A program made the position numbers and the translations under genes. 64,000 nucleotides of DNA from Squalus acanthias (Eukaryota), in NCBI GenBank assembly GCA_030390025.1, contig CM059425.1:162566001-162630000 (forward strand), in the 5' to 3' direction. The notes beneath the pieces are model-generated. The model was not told where the DNA came from. It made no database searches and was given only the letters and a program-made list of their open reading frames with translations. Every line of letters begins with the position of its first letter. Position 1 is the first letter of the stretch. Below are positions 51,121 to 64,000 of the stretch, in pieces.

Positions 51121-51689
51121 TATGTGTATTTCTAATATTTTCTTTTATTGGAGTTAACTTTCAGGAAACTGCACTGTGCAATAAAGAGGAAGGGAAGTCT
51201 AGAGTAACACTTTCTGTTCAAAGTACTTCCCCAGTGAAATTATTTTGTATGTCAGAGCTAACACCTGCAATAAATTTGTGTAAGTGTAGCGATTTGGTGC
51301 ATTAGCATTCAACGAGCATTTGCACATTTTTGTCTATGTTCCCAAAGTTCTTCCCAGGGTTGAACCAGTTTCACTGCACAGACCCAGCATTCAGTTTTAT
51401 TAAAGGCTTGTTAAATACCAGTTGAAGGTGAATGGGAATATTTGCACACCTTTGTCTTCCAGCCCTCATCATCTTAATAGCTCCTGCTATAAAAGTGGCA
51501 TTAAAGCAGCAGAGAGAGTTTGCAGAGGTCCAGCAAAAAGTAAAGCAGGAGACATTATAAGAAACGACTCATCCGTTCCAGTCCATATAACAGCCTGGGT
51601 GGATCAGGTGTCAGAGTAAATATAGGATGGTGAGCAGCAGCGGAGGGCTGGGGGAGGCTGAGGCTATAGGAAGTCCAAGCAGATTGAGC

Positions 51690-51900
51690 ACCACCACAGG
51701 TAGCGTGCCTACCACTAATGATAAATTTACCTGGACGTCTTCATGGACTAATGTACAAGGAAGCTACACCTCCGAGGAAGCTATAGATGAACTATGAAAA
51801 CTCCTGGAAACATACCTACAACCAAGGAGCAACATCAGCACCATGCTGCCAGTAGAAGTAAAATTAATACCAACACTCAAACATTTTGCTGCAGGCTTGA
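51690..51900 (+). pseudogene. Very old Harbinger transposase fragment
   Basis: TMLPVEVKLIPTLKHFAAG resembles ALPVAVKVTVALNFFASG. Confidence 0.4.
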
Positions 51901-52312
51901 CAGGAAACTGGACAAAGATCAGATAGTTTGAGATTCACGACCAAATTACCCAAGTCGAAGAATTTTCCAGATTTTTTTTACCTAAGTGGCCTCGGTTTTT
52001 ACCTAGTTTTTCATCTCTCCCAGAAGATGTCTTTTCCTGTCTTTCATTGTTTGTATATTCCTAAAAATGCCTTCTTTCAACTTCCTGTTGAGTATATTAA
52101 TACCAACGGCAGCATACAGTAGTAGAAGCACACAGGGTTTTGAAAGAAATAATTTAATATTCCCAGGGTACCGGGTGCCAGTCAATATACCCACATGACA
52201 ATTCATACATCTGTGCAACATCCCATGGCATTCATCAACAGAAAATGATACAACACCATGAATGTGCAAGTGGTCTGAAGCCATCCCTAAAAAGTTCTGC
52301 ATGTGAATACAT

Positions 52313-52488
52313 GGGGGAAAATTTTCATCTGTAACACTCCTGGCACACAGCTTCAAACTTCAGGAATTCTGATGCATGCCTCACATGATTCTCCATTATT
52401 TAAATTAATGGTCTTATGGTGAACTCGCAACCAAATTCCCAATACATTAAGCTCTGTACCAGGAATGTTGAGGATGAAAATTTACCCC
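52313..52488. mobile_element. Harbinger-type MITE
   Basis: Ends GGGGGAAAATTTTCATC / GATGAAAATTTACCCC. TSD imperfect. Confidence 0.55.
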
Positions 52489-52651
52489 AATGGTTTCCAG
52501 GGAGAGTCACAAAGGCCATATCTGAAGGAAATTATGTGATTCCCCACTTATTCCAGGGTAAAAACAATTTGAACAGTTAGTTCTTTGGAGAAATATATTA
52601 CCTATTTGAAACATAGTTCATAGCATCACTACACGATCATACACCCTGTTT

Positions 52652-52925
52652 CTCTTCTTCTTAGGCAGTCCCTCGGAACCGAGGATGACTTGCTTCCACT
52701 CTAAAAATGAGTTCTCAGGTGACTGATGAGTCCAATGCGGGACCTACAGTCTCTGTCACAGGTGGGGCAGACGGTGGTTGAAGGGGCGGGTGGGTGGGGT
52801 GCTTGGGTTGATGTGCGCTCCTTCCGCTTGGCTTCCACTTGCTCCCGGTGAAGAGACTCGAGGTGTTTGGCGCCTTCCCGGATGCTTCGCCTCCACTTTC
52901 TGCAGTCTTGGGCCAGGGATTCCAC
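52652..52925 (-). mobile_element. RTE LINE 3' fragment, same family as 35996-37675
   Basis: ORF 52701..52925 is nearly identical to the end of ORF 37248..37628 and has the same 3' UTR. Confidence 0.9.
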
Positions 52926-55781
52926 AGTTCTGGCTTTGAATTTTTTTTTTTAATAAACCACTATTCCTCAGTATTGCTTTTCATCTGAAAACCAAAAGTA
53001 AACACGGAGTATAAAGTTTCAGGTGATGCAATATATCTTTATTGAAAAAATAATAGTGAAGGTGTAGTGTGTGTTTAACATGATGTGCTGCTGTGCCTTA
53101 TCCTTGTGGTACACATAATACTGGAATGGAAAGATATGGAGGCTTTCCAAGAGGTTTGCTGCAAATGTGCTTGTGATCCAGTAGCCGGTTATGCTGACAT
53201 GTGGCACATCTAGACAGGCCTGCCTGTGTGCCAGGAATAGCCTGTTCGGTTTCATCTGCAGAGGTTTGTTTGCTTTTGGGGTTCATTTTGACAGTTGCCC
53301 AGAAGCTGGGGCAGGCTGCTGGCGACTTGAGGACCAGCTATCTGTTGGTCGGCTTCCGTGCCACTGCTGGAGGCGGAGTCCTCCCGTCAGCCGCAACTCT
53401 TTCTGAACACAGACCACTGTGCCACCATGAGGTCTCTGAATGTGGTTTTCTGGAGTCCGTCTCCAAGCACATTGAAGTTGGCCATTACCACATGATCAGC
53501 CTCAGTACCTCAATTTCAGATATGCTCAAATTGTCTGGCTGTCTCTGTCCCTGAGGCCTTCCCTGCCGATGCTGCAAGCTGTTTAATGGCAGCCTGCAGA
53601 CCATTTAACTCTAGCTTCATGACAGTGCTCATGAGAGAAACTGCATTTGTGGCAAACTCAGTTTACAGTGTGGTCTGTGAGGAGGAAAGTGGACTTGTGC
53701 ATGCCCTTGATGAATCTTCTGTTTCATTACTGGCCCTGTGAGATTAGAATCACAAAGTGACTCATCAGGGCTTATGACAATGCAAGCGTCTGCTCAGCTC
53801 CAACAACTCCCTCTTCAGCCTCCACCTCTGTCACTTCTACACTTGTGACTCACCCTGTAGTTACTCTTCTAAATCAGCAAAATTGTCCCGAGGGCCTGTC
53901 TCTGTGTTGTCGTCTACTTCCAGGAACAATAATGCAGAGAGTGCTGTGGTAAGGCTTATTGGCAAAGAATGCCTGGTTTACTACCTGGTTATGGCATGTC
54001 TGTAACAAGAAGAAAACAATGTATGGTGAATCAATGCACATTTTGCAGCACAATGTGGTCATTGCTTTACAGCTGCTGAAACACTTTTGCAGAGATGGTA
54101 TGTGATTATAAAATAATTATATACAAACCTGGGGCACATTCCTGTCTTTCAGTTTGCTCAGCAGCCCGGCCATGCACAATTTCCCAGCTGATGACCTCAG
54201 TGATAGTACCTTTGAAGGGGGTGAGCAGTTTGGCACCCTGAGTCCCCTACCCATCTGCACTCTGCCTTCTGTTGAAGGTGGCTTTTTTTACCTCTAAGAA
54301 GCATAGAAATACAATTTGAATGAGTGAATACTTTGTGCTGTGTATTTGAGGGGCCAGCACGGACTTCTGGCATTACTCATAACTTACCTGAATGTAAAGT
54401 GCCCGGCCTGCAGAAAATTTGAAAGTTTTGGAGATAACAGTGCATTGTAGCTGTCAGCCTAATGTGTGAATAAATAGTTAGGCTTCAATCTATTCCAACT
54501 GCACTTTTCTAGCTTCTCTGTTTTTGAACCTACTGCACTAGTTCTTAACCATCTTTGTTATTTCTCTCTGTGTTACATGGGCAGCAGGTTACCAGATCAA
54601 CTCATGCTAAGTATACAAAGGTGCTCAAGTAAACTTGTCCGATATCTGTAACATACTTTGATTGGCATCAGTGGCTATCTACATAAAAGACAGCCTCCAT
54701 ATTTAGCAGGCTAGGCTTATTCATGCTCATTCTCATTTCTCACAGTAATGATGGATTCAACAGCTGGACTGACCCACAGTATACTATTTATATTGGTTAA
54801 CTGGCTGATTAGCTAGTTGAGCACCATTCTTGTATGATTGGCCACTCAGTTGCGTCTTACTTGTAGCAAACCCTAACCAACTGAACTTCCAGAATGAGCA
54901 TTAGAGCAAGGTTCTGCACTCGTGCAAGTATGTTAAAAATAAATGGGCTAAAGTTGATACCATTTAAAGCATTGTCTGTGCACCAATAGATAGATAACCT
55001 TTTAAAAATTGAATTTATAATTTTCTGCCAGGACATTTTGGGTCTCTTGTTTCCAGAGCCATTCAGTTGATGTCACCAGTGCACAAGAGTGGTTTCATTC
55101 ATTTTAATGAGGCCCATAACTTCAGAGCCAATCTGGAGCCTCCTGACATCTGGGGAAACCTAGAACCAGCTGATTATGCAGCAATACCCAGCAGTAGAAA
55201 GTTTTCGCTAGAGTTATGCAGCTCCAGGTTAGTTCACAGCCCATCTGAAGTTTTGTCTCCATTAAAATGAGCGGAGGAACTCAGAGACAGAGCTGCATTT
55301 TCCCATGCCATGACGTCACTAGATTGACTCTGGAGGCATGAAGACCCAAAATAGCAGATACCATTCAAAGTTTCAAGCTAACAGATACACATATATGCAT
55401 TTTACTTGCAAAAACAATGCCGAGTACTTTGAACAGAGAATACTCTTAGACTTTTCTTCCATTTTTATTACATACATATAAAAAACACACCGTAGGCCAT
55501 TGAAATAAAACTTCATAAGAACCTGCAGCTGCTTTTGCAGTTACCATAGTGTGAATTCTCAAACTAATTTGATTTGATTTGAAAATTTATGAAACTGCAT
55601 TGATTTCATATCTATGTTAAAATTGTAAAATAGATTCACTACAGCTTTAATTATGATTTAGATTTTGTGTGACTATTTTTAAGCACTGGAGGGACATAAG
55701 CAGGAAACAGGAATGCTGAAGCAACATGTTAAATATCAGCAGCCCTCTCACACACAGAACAATTAAATGACACCTCCTTAC

Positions 55782-55875
55782 CTGTGACATCGGCCACCAT
55801 TAATCCTTCTGCCTTGATGATCTTTACCTGGATGAATCCTATGTCTCTCAGATTGTGGAAGGATCTTAACAATGA
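55782..55875 (-). CDS. MCTP1: MCTP1 coding exon (start of third C2 domain): [31 protein letters not shown](G)
   Basis: Manual translation. Acceptor ttccAG, donor GTAAG, 94 bp, phase 0 to 1. Matches the recalled human MCTP1 segment SPLRIFHNLKDVGFLQVKVIRAEGLMAADVTG. Confidence 0.93.
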
Positions 55876-56839
55876 CTGGAAAGGTAACAGATAGTGAATG
55901 ATCAGTTTTGTTTCTCTCGCATGGAGTGCTCCATCCTGTCTGCGCTCTGCATCTTAACAGTATTTCTATGCCTCAATTTAACAAATATGTGTCAAAGTTA
56001 ATAGTTCTGCAGTTCATTCCCAATTATTTCAAATATTTAATATGCTTCTTTACCAGAATTGGTATAGGAATTTATATGGCTATACTCACATAGCTATATT
56101 AGATAACACAAGACACAAATAAAATCCCATTGGTTTTATAGCACAACATTTATAGAGCATCTTTTAATGGTCCTATTAGGTTTTATACTAATAGTTTATT
56201 ATTTTTGGTCTCTGACTTCAAATGACACAAAAAAGGTGCTTTGAGTGCATCATGCTTCCGAACGAAATGTGCCCACAAGACCTAACATGGGCACAAAGAT
56301 AGTCAAATCTACCAAAGAAATTTAAGTAATTCACATCTGGCAATTGAAGACGGCACTTTCGTGCTCTTGGAGAAGCTAATGATACTGGCAGAACTTAGGA
56401 TAGCACAGGGTGATGGTGAGGAAAATCAATGACCATTATCTCTGTGTCGGCTTGTAATGTTGACTCCACTTAAACATTACCTTAATTCATTAGGTACTGC
56501 AGGAATTCCCATTTCTATTCTTCTGGGGTCCATTAAGCCAAATGAGCCAGACTGAGGCGCACAGCCATTCCCCATTACAATGTCATGGTGCCGTTATTAA
56601 TGAGGTCATTAAACACAATTCAATACTCAGTGCAACAATAGAAACAGAGTTTAAAAACTATTGCTGTTGACCCCATGCAACTGTGTAAACTGAACATATA
56701 AGTAACAGAAAGTGTGATATTAATTCTATCAAAAGATTTATATTTTTCAGACCCGATTGAAAGTTTTGGATGTCCATAAAAAGATTCAGAATGTGACCCA
56801 GGTCCATTGTTAAATTGAATGTCTATCCATAAAGCCCCA

Positions 56840-59800
56840 GGAGGGAAATGATGGGCAAATCCATTAGGACACTTGTGGACTCAACCATGATGCTGGGTGT
56901 GATGGGCAATCACGCAGCTTCTAGTGCAGTACAAATGGAAGCAACCCAACGTCTGAGTGCTGCAGTGCAAGCTCAGACTGCTCTCATGTAGTCTCAGCTT
57001 GCTGCCATGCAAGTTTAGACTGATGCCATCGTGACTGGGTTTATGAGTGTGGAAAGGGACTTGCAGGGTCTCACAGCAGTCCAGCAATCTGTGTTCCAAC
57101 AGATGGCTAGGAATGCTGGGGTGCCACCCCAGAGGAGTGGCAGTGGTAGTCTCTCAGGATGAGAGCATTCCTACTCCCATCCCTGCCATTCTGCCAGTGT
57201 CCTTGCTGCAGTAGGCAAAGGAACATGAAAGACAGACTCTAAGGGAATGCACAAGGGTGATTATTTGAAGTTGTTGTGTAGTTTGGCATTGATTAATTTA
57301 TAAATAATGTTTGGAATGTTTGTTTTGAGGTGGTTCTAATTTCAGCTTTGTGCCCAGGAGGACACTGTGATGTTCTGTGACAGAGGGATGATAAGGTGGG
57401 GAAGTGGTGAGCAAGGGGGATCTGGGATTTCATTCAGGGAAATGGGGATCTGCTGCCTGCCTCCTCCTTTTCCTCCTCCTCAGTTGTCCCAGAACCCATG
57501 GTGGCAAGGGCTGTGCCCTCATGATGGCCAAGTTGTGGAGGATGCAGCAGACCACCACGAAATGGGACACCTGCTCCGGCGTGTACTGGAGGGTTCCTCA
57601 CGAGCAGTTAAGACAGCGGAACCATTGCTTTAGCACCCTGATGGTCTGCTCAATGAGGTTCCAGCATGGCTCTCATTATATGAGTGCTGGCCACAAATGG
57701 TGGGTTTGCGGAGGGGAGTCATCAGCCTGATGTACAGCAGATAGCCTTTGTCTCTGAGCTGCCACCCTCGGGTTTGACATGGTGGCTGGAAGGTTGCTGG
57801 CACATCGAACTGACGCAGGATGAAGGCATCATGACTGCTGCCAGGATACAGGTCATTCACCATCATGATGTGCTGGGCGTGGTCGCACACCAAATGCACA
57901 TTAAGGCCGCGATTTTGCCAACCAAGGCGGGTCTGGGGCGGCCGGGATCAGTAGCGCGGTCCCAGTCCGCTGCCTTCTCCAGCCCGCGCTCTCCAAGTGA
58001 TTTTACATTGATTGGGCTTGTTAAGCCCGCCCTGCGAGGTTCCTGGCCAATTAAAAGGTAGTGGGTCTGATGACGTCATTTGATGACGCATCATCAGCCA
58101 GTTTCCTTAAAGGGGCCATGTCCAAATTGATTTTGACAGTTGTACTGTCAGTGTTCTACAGCACTGAGGTGCTGCAAATACTGACAAGCACTGCACAAAG
58201 GTGCACGGCTGCACCCAGGCTCTCCCATGACTCCCTCCATATGCTTATAGAGAGAGTCACAGCACACAGGGAGGTTCTCTTCCCTTCCAATGGGCGGAAG
58301 ACACCTCCCCAGGAGATCAACACAGCCTGGTTGCACATTGCAGAGGAGGACACAAGCAGGGATGTTGTCAGGAGGACCAGGCTGCAGTAACGCAAACCTT
58401 TCAATGATCTCAGTAGATCACGAAACGTTACTGCAAAGCCACACTCAATCTTATCCTGCTGTGCCACTCATCACATCCCCATCACTCTGCCTTCCCTACC
58501 CTCCTCCTGCACATCTTTACTCACACCAACTTACTTTGCACCTCCACCCATCCCTCTCTATCTACATTATCACTTCCCCATCTCACTAGCCACCCCTCAC
58601 ACTCACCCTCATCCTACTGCAAGCCTACCAACTAACTACACACAAGGTTAGGCACTTGGATGGTTTAGCCAATGTTCATGTGAAGTTTCTGGTAATGTGC
58701 TGTCAAACATTGAAATCTTTATTTTCACCACTTTGCCTTCTTGGACAGATTTGTGTGCACCTTTGGAAGTGTGTTAGTGAGTTCCAGTGAATGGTGAGAC
58801 ATAACAATCCCCCACCTCCGCAATGGTGATGAGTGTGAAAGGAATGGCTTGGGCATTGTAGGGATGTTTTATGGTGCTGGTGTGGGGTGGTGCCGACCTG
58901 GTTCATCATGCAGCAGCCAGGGTATACAGTAAAGTAAAGTAAAGTCTGGACATGGTGAGGCCATCGCTGGCGTCCTGGGCAGCAATGTGCACGGGTGATG
59001 ATGCCGTGTCCTGTGCAGCATCAGTTGATTGTGGCGAAGGTTGGTGTGGATGTTGGTGCTGCTGGTGTGCCTGGTGCTGATTGTGGTGGGATTTTGAGGA
59101 CCAAGGTGAGATTTTTTCAAGGGCACCGTGCTAATGGAATAGATGGCAGGTGAGGTTGAGATGACAGAAGCGATCTGTCAATGGTGAGAGAGGTTGTTCC
59201 AATGAGGTGACACTGGATAGAGAGTTTACTCCAAACACTTGCTAGCTGCATAAAGCTCAATCTGTGTTCCAAATACAGTAAGCAACAGGTTCTAACCTTG
59301 GAAAGTGAAGACCTATGAAATGGGAGCTTTCATAGAACATTTGCAGCTGTCAGGTTAGTAAATCATTCCATGCTGTCACAACACCTGACCTACTTACCTG
59401 ACGTGATCCCCGCGCACTGGGAAACTCGTGGAAAAGCTGGTAAAATGGTAAAATCCTGCTTAACTTTTAACTTTTAACAAGCTTTTAACTAGCTAAATTG
59501 GCTGACCCACCGCTTGGTGTCAGGTCTGTTCAGGAATGACAGACCCGACATTTGGGAAACTGACACGGAGGTGGGTTGACAGCGGGATACCGACCAACTG
59601 TCAATCTTTTTGATTTTGACAGCGGACCTGCCTCTGAACCTGCTCTCTGAGTGCCGGTAAAATTCCAGCCTAAGTGAGTGGTAGCCTGTGTGGTTGCGGT
59701 ACATCTGAGGATTGATATGCGGTGCCCACAAAGCCAAGTGTGTGCAGTCGATGGCGCCCTGCACCATGGGGATGACTAATATCCTGGCAAAGCCACATGC

Positions 59801-60775
59801 GCGCTCCTCCTGCTTCTCTCTGTTCAGACAATGAAGTCCCTTCTCCTGGAGTACAGAGACTCTGTGACCTCCCGGATGCATCGATGGACGGCGAACTGGG
59901 AAATGTTAGCTACGTCTCCTGCTCCAGACTGGAAGGATCCGGTGGCGAAAAAATTGAGGGCCATGGTGACCTTGAGGGCCACTGGCAACATCGTCGTCGC
60001 CCTGCTCTGAGGCTGCAGGTCTGGTTCCAGGAGGTGGGAGAGTTCTGTGACCACATCCTCGGTGATGTGGAGCCTCCTAATACACTGCTCCTGGATTAAG
60101 TGCAGGTAGGAGAAGTGCTCTCGAAAGACCCAAGGTGGGTAAGGCCTCCTGCTGAGAGTCCGCCTGCCCCTCCTCCTCCTCCCTCTGTGAGCAGCTAATC
60201 CTCTTCTTTGCTGCCTCTGCTCCATCTCCCTGTCATACTCGAGCGCGAGTGGGACTGCAAGTAGAGCCCCCCTGACTGGGAGCAAGTGATGTGAGCAGAA
60301 CCCTTTAAATCAGAAGCAAGGCCTTTTCCACTTGCCGCACCACTCCCTGTCACCTCAGCCACTTTAACTAACTGTAGAAAACTCCAAACAGTTGCACAAA
60401 CTTACACAGAGCCAGTAGAAATCAAAAAACAAGTCACCAGCAAGTTGTTGCTGATCCCTTTAAATAGCGTTGGTGGGGGGGTCCTTCCTGCTGCTGAACG
60501 CATGCTCAGCTATTCATGATTTGGAAACGGCGTTGAGTGGAGTGGCGATGTCGAAAATGGCAGGTTGTGCGTCAAATCAGCGTTACACACTCATTGACGT
60601 CATGATCTGCCTCATTACCATTTCTCTAGTGAGCGCGAGCAATGGCTGCGCTGCCGACCTGCCCAAAATGATGGCCGCTGCGGGACCCACCGTAAGTGGG
60701 CGGAAGCGAGGCGGCTGCCAATTTTCCTCCAAAACTGCCCATTTCAGCTGGCGCTACGGTGCTGAATTTCACAGC
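56840..60775. mobile_element. Left-truncated Harbinger of the 37953-42126 family: Myb exon 3 remnant on +, transposase on - (~57440-57904 plus 59671-60285)
   Basis: ORFs 59824..60285, 59489..59881 (VQGAIDCTH) and 57630..57899 (YPGSSHDAFIL). End CTGAATTTCACAGC. Confidence 0.82.
57905..59670 (+). mobile_element. Nested, internally deleted Harbinger retaining Myb exon 1
   Basis: Ends GGCCGCGATTTT / AAAATTCCAGCC with an exact TAA TSD. Encodes APRLSHDSL..W.HIAEE..RKPFNDL. Confidence 0.85.
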
Positions 60776-61459
60776 TGGGGTTCTTTATCACTTTAGTAAC
60801 AATAGTATTGCCCAGCTCTCCCAAGACCTTTCTGATTAGCTGGAAATCTAAGCAAATTAGGGATGTAGTTGAGAGTAGATGTCGGCATCTGCTGTATACT
60901 CACTTTTAATTTCAACAGAGGAGCATATGTTCACTTTCCAGCTGCAAAAATGGCGGCGTATGGTTCTTGGGATTGCTGACTTCGAAACTGGGGACAAGGA
61001 GGGTTTGCTTCTCCTGCTGCCTCTACACAGCAGCCTTGCTTTGGAATGGCTTGTGGGCATTCAGTTGGTGGTGCTGTAATAGGAGTCACCCCCTGCTCTA
61101 ACCACACAGGATTCAGTTCACTTCCCTGTAAGCAAGTTTTCACTCTGGCTGGTAAATAGTGTAGCACATTATACCCATTTCTACAATTGCCACTGAAGAA
61201 TAAAATATATTTTACTGCTAAATGCACCGAACATAGAGACAAAAATGAACATTTCCAGGGGTAGCATGGAACCCCAACCCATCTCCCTAGATGTACATCC
61301 ACTTGCAAGTTTCCCACCACACAACTGGAGCTAATGACCCTATAAATAAATGGTTGATTAAAAAATTGCTACACTCTGCACTAGAGTCTGACTCTTGTGG
61401 TCCTTTGGATTTCAATGTATTCTTCTTTAAATATTTAAATCTATATCTAATCCACAGCA

Positions 61460-62235
61460 GGATGATTGCAATACATTTTGCTTAAAAAAATAATAGAAGT
61501 AATTATACTCTGAATGGAAGTCGGCCCGGTGCTGTGCAACAGCAGAGGGATTTAGGGGTATCGGTACAGAGGACATTAAATATAACTCCTCAGGTTGGTA
61601 AGACTGTAAACAAAGCTAATGGAATTCTAGGTTTTATCACAAGAAGTGAAGAATACAAAAGCCAAGAGGTAATGATGAGCTTATATAAAACCTTAATAAG
61701 ACCGCAGTTAGAATACTGTGTGCAATATTTGGCTCCATGCTATAGGAAGGCGAGGCTTTAGAGAGAGCGCAACATATATTCACTAGGATGCTGCTTGGTA
61801 TGAGGAAATATAAATACAAAGAAAGAATGGAAGAATTGGGGCCTTTTTCAATAGAACAATACAGATTACGAGGTGATATAACAGAAGTGTTTAAAATTAT
61901 GAAATGATGGGGCAGGGTAAATATAAGCAGACTGTTTCCAGTAGTTGAGGAGTTAAGAATGAGGAGCAATAGGTACAAGATTAAATGCAAGAGATTTAGA
62001 ACATTTAGGGCAGGAGAAACTTCTTCACACAGAGAACTGTGAGGCTGTGGAATTCACTTCCAGGGTTAGTGCTTGAGGCAGAACTAGGTCAACATTCAAT
62101 ATTGGATGAAAGAAAAGGGGATGAATGGATATGTGAACCGAATGGGTAAATGTGATTAGAACTATTTTCTCGCTGACATGGACTAGTTGGGACAAAATGG
62201 CCATTTTCCGTATTATAACTTTTATGCATGCCTAT
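61460..62235 (+). mobile_element. Degenerate CR1 3' fragment
   Basis: ORF 61534 (QRDLGV..KANGILGFI..LIRPQLEYCVQ). Confidence 0.85.
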
Positions 62236-62386
62236 GATTGTTGTAGATATCTCCATTTCCTTTGACAGAGTTAACAGTATTTCTTAAGAAGTTACCATCA
62301 CTTGACTTTCCATCAAAGCTATGTCCATGGCTATCTAGTTTCCTCTAAAATCACTCAACCCATTTCATAGAAATGACTCATCCTTT

Positions 62387-64000
62387 GGCCAGAATTTTCC
62401 AGGGTGGTAGTGGGCGCGATCGGTGGCGGGTCGGGTGGGAAATTTGTTATTTTTGACAGCGGGTCGGGACGCGACTGGCAGTGGCGGGCGACCCAACTAA
62501 AATCATTATCGGGTAATTTACATGCACTTAAGAGCCTTTTCCCCCCAACATTTTTAATTTAACTGCATGGCCACGGGATTCACACAGCATGGGAACCACG
62601 TCTGTCAACCTGAGGCGGGAGTTCCATGGCCATTGCTCCAGCTGATTACTTGACAGCATGAAATGTTCAGTAAAAGCTCCCACCTGACAGATCATCACTT
62701 TCTTCAGGCAGAAGCTGTTGCTCAATCCATTTCCAGCACAGATTCTGCAGGCTGCAAAGCGTTTCCAGTAAAGTCTCCATCCAATCTCATTTCATTGGAA
62801 GAACTCTCTCACCATTGACAGAATGCTTCTGTCATCTGTACTTCACCTGCCATCTATTCCATCAACATGGGTGCCGTTTATACTGTCTCACCTTGGTCCT
62901 CAGAATCGGACCTCGATGAGCCCCAACACCAGCAGCACTAGGCTCACCAGCAGCACCAACAACACTAACCTTTTCCGCAATCACCTGATGCTGCACAGGA
63001 CATAGGGCATCAGCACCCAAGCACATTGCTGCCCGGGAGGCCAGGGATGGCCTCACCATGGCCAGATTTAGTTAACTTAACGCTGTACACCCTGGCTGCC
63101 ACATGATGCACCAGGTTGGCACCACCCCACACCAACACCATAAAGGATCCCTACAATGCCCAAGCCATTCCTTTCACACTCATCACCATTGTGGGAGGAA
63201 CCGTTATGTCTCACCATTCACTGGAACTCACTAAGCCACTTCCAAAGGTGCACACAAATCTGTCCAAGACCAGAAAGTGTTGAAAATAAAGATTTTTATG
63301 TTTGACAGCACATTAACAGAAACTTTACATAAACATTGGATAAAACACACAAGTGGCTACCCTTGTACAGGAAACTTTCGTTTATCCGGCACCGACGGGA
63401 CCGGCGTGGTGCCGGTTGATCGAAAGTGCCGGATTACAGAGAGGTATACTTACCAAGGTACGAGAGACCCGTACACGGCCACAGCCTTAACAATTGGGAC
63501 CCGGAGAGGGAAAATAAACGAGACTCCGGCTTTTTCCTCCGTGGCGGCGACAGGTCCGAGTCGGAAGAAAGTTGACCCCCCTTTCGTGGGGGCGAAAGGT
63601 CAGAATCGGGGTCTTGTCTGTACAATAAAACTTACCTGATTTTTGCCGGTTAAGCGAGAATTCCGGATATTTGGGTGCCGGATAAACGAAAGTTTCCTGT
63701 ATGTTGTTAGTTGGTATGATTGCACTAGGATGAGGGTGAGTGTGAGGGGTGGCTAGTGATATGGGGAAGTGATAATGTAGATAGAGATGGATGGGTGGAG
63801 GTGCAAGGTAAGTTAGTATGAGTAAGGATGTGCAGGAGTACGGTAGGGAAAGCAGAGTGATGGGGATGTGATGAGAGGCACAGCAGGATGCAGTTGAGTG
63901 TGGCTTTGTACTAACGTTTCCTGATCTAATGAGATCATTGAAAGGTTTGTGCCACTGTCTCCAGGTCCTCCTGACCACATCCTTGCTTGTGCCCTCCTGT
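62387..64000 (-). mobile_element. Second copy of the 57905-59670 Harbinger family, inverted, running off the window
   Basis: Starts GGCCAGAATTTT. 62800-64000 is the reverse-complement homolog of 58350-59200. Confidence 0.82.
63368..63699. mobile_element. Tc1/mariner-pogo (Tigger-like) MITE
   Basis: Perfect 26-bp TIR CAGGAAACTTTCGTTTATCCGGCACC. TA TSD at 63366-63367 and 63700-63701. Confidence 0.9.

Noticed and set aside
53060..54400. Possible ancient Myb exon 3-like relic on the minus strand
   Set aside because: Only compositional similarity; no diagnostic motif or element ends were found.
6385..55875. Assignment to MCTP2
   Set aside because: [41 protein letters not shown] and PKEQKYIEEE match recalled MCTP1 better. 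A reciprocal BLAST would confirm.
60857..61060. Minus-strand ORF MPTSHSKARL... with a GTGAGT donor near 60903, as an extra MCTP1 exon
   Set aside because: No resemblance to the MCTP1 sequence expected upstream of SLLRSFHN. The donor is phase 1 in this frame, while the next exon starts in phase 0.
1..64000. CRISPR array, operon or other prokaryotic/phage system
   Set aside because: No regularly spaced repeat-spacer array and no gene-dense ORFs. The content is a spliced vertebrate gene plus eukaryotic TEs.

Overview
Eukaryotic, repeat-rich vertebrate genomic DNA. The CR1/L2/RTE/SINE repertoire points to a cartilaginous fish; this is an inference. The only host gene is MCTP1 (multiple C2 and transmembrane domain protein 1) on the minus strand. 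Five in-phase GT-AG exons (55782-55875, 28572-28674, 7117-7219, 6697-6798, 6385-6459) encode the third C2 domain and the region after it. They are separated by introns of 27.1 kb, 21.4 kb, 318 bp and 237 bp. The rest of the window appears to be intron filled with layered transposons: CR1, L2 and RTE LINEs, SINEs, and a dense set of PIF/Harbinger DNA transposons. The Harbinger elements pair a HARBI1-like transposase with a convergent, three-exon Myb/SANT gene, and there are many MITEs with 12-15 bp TIRs and 3-bp TSDs. Main points of interest: (1) spliced Harbinger Myb proteins with a heptad repeat, AT-hook and basic tail; (2) two independent Harbinger-in-Harbinger insertions about 40 bp apart in the homologous transposase segment; (3) a LINE with a tRNA-like 5' head, plus a SINE built from that LINE's two ends; (4) palindromic short elements with hammerhead-ribozyme-like cores and a 15-bp TSD; (5) an RTE with a twin-priming-type 5' inversion. 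No prokaryotic-type system was seen.
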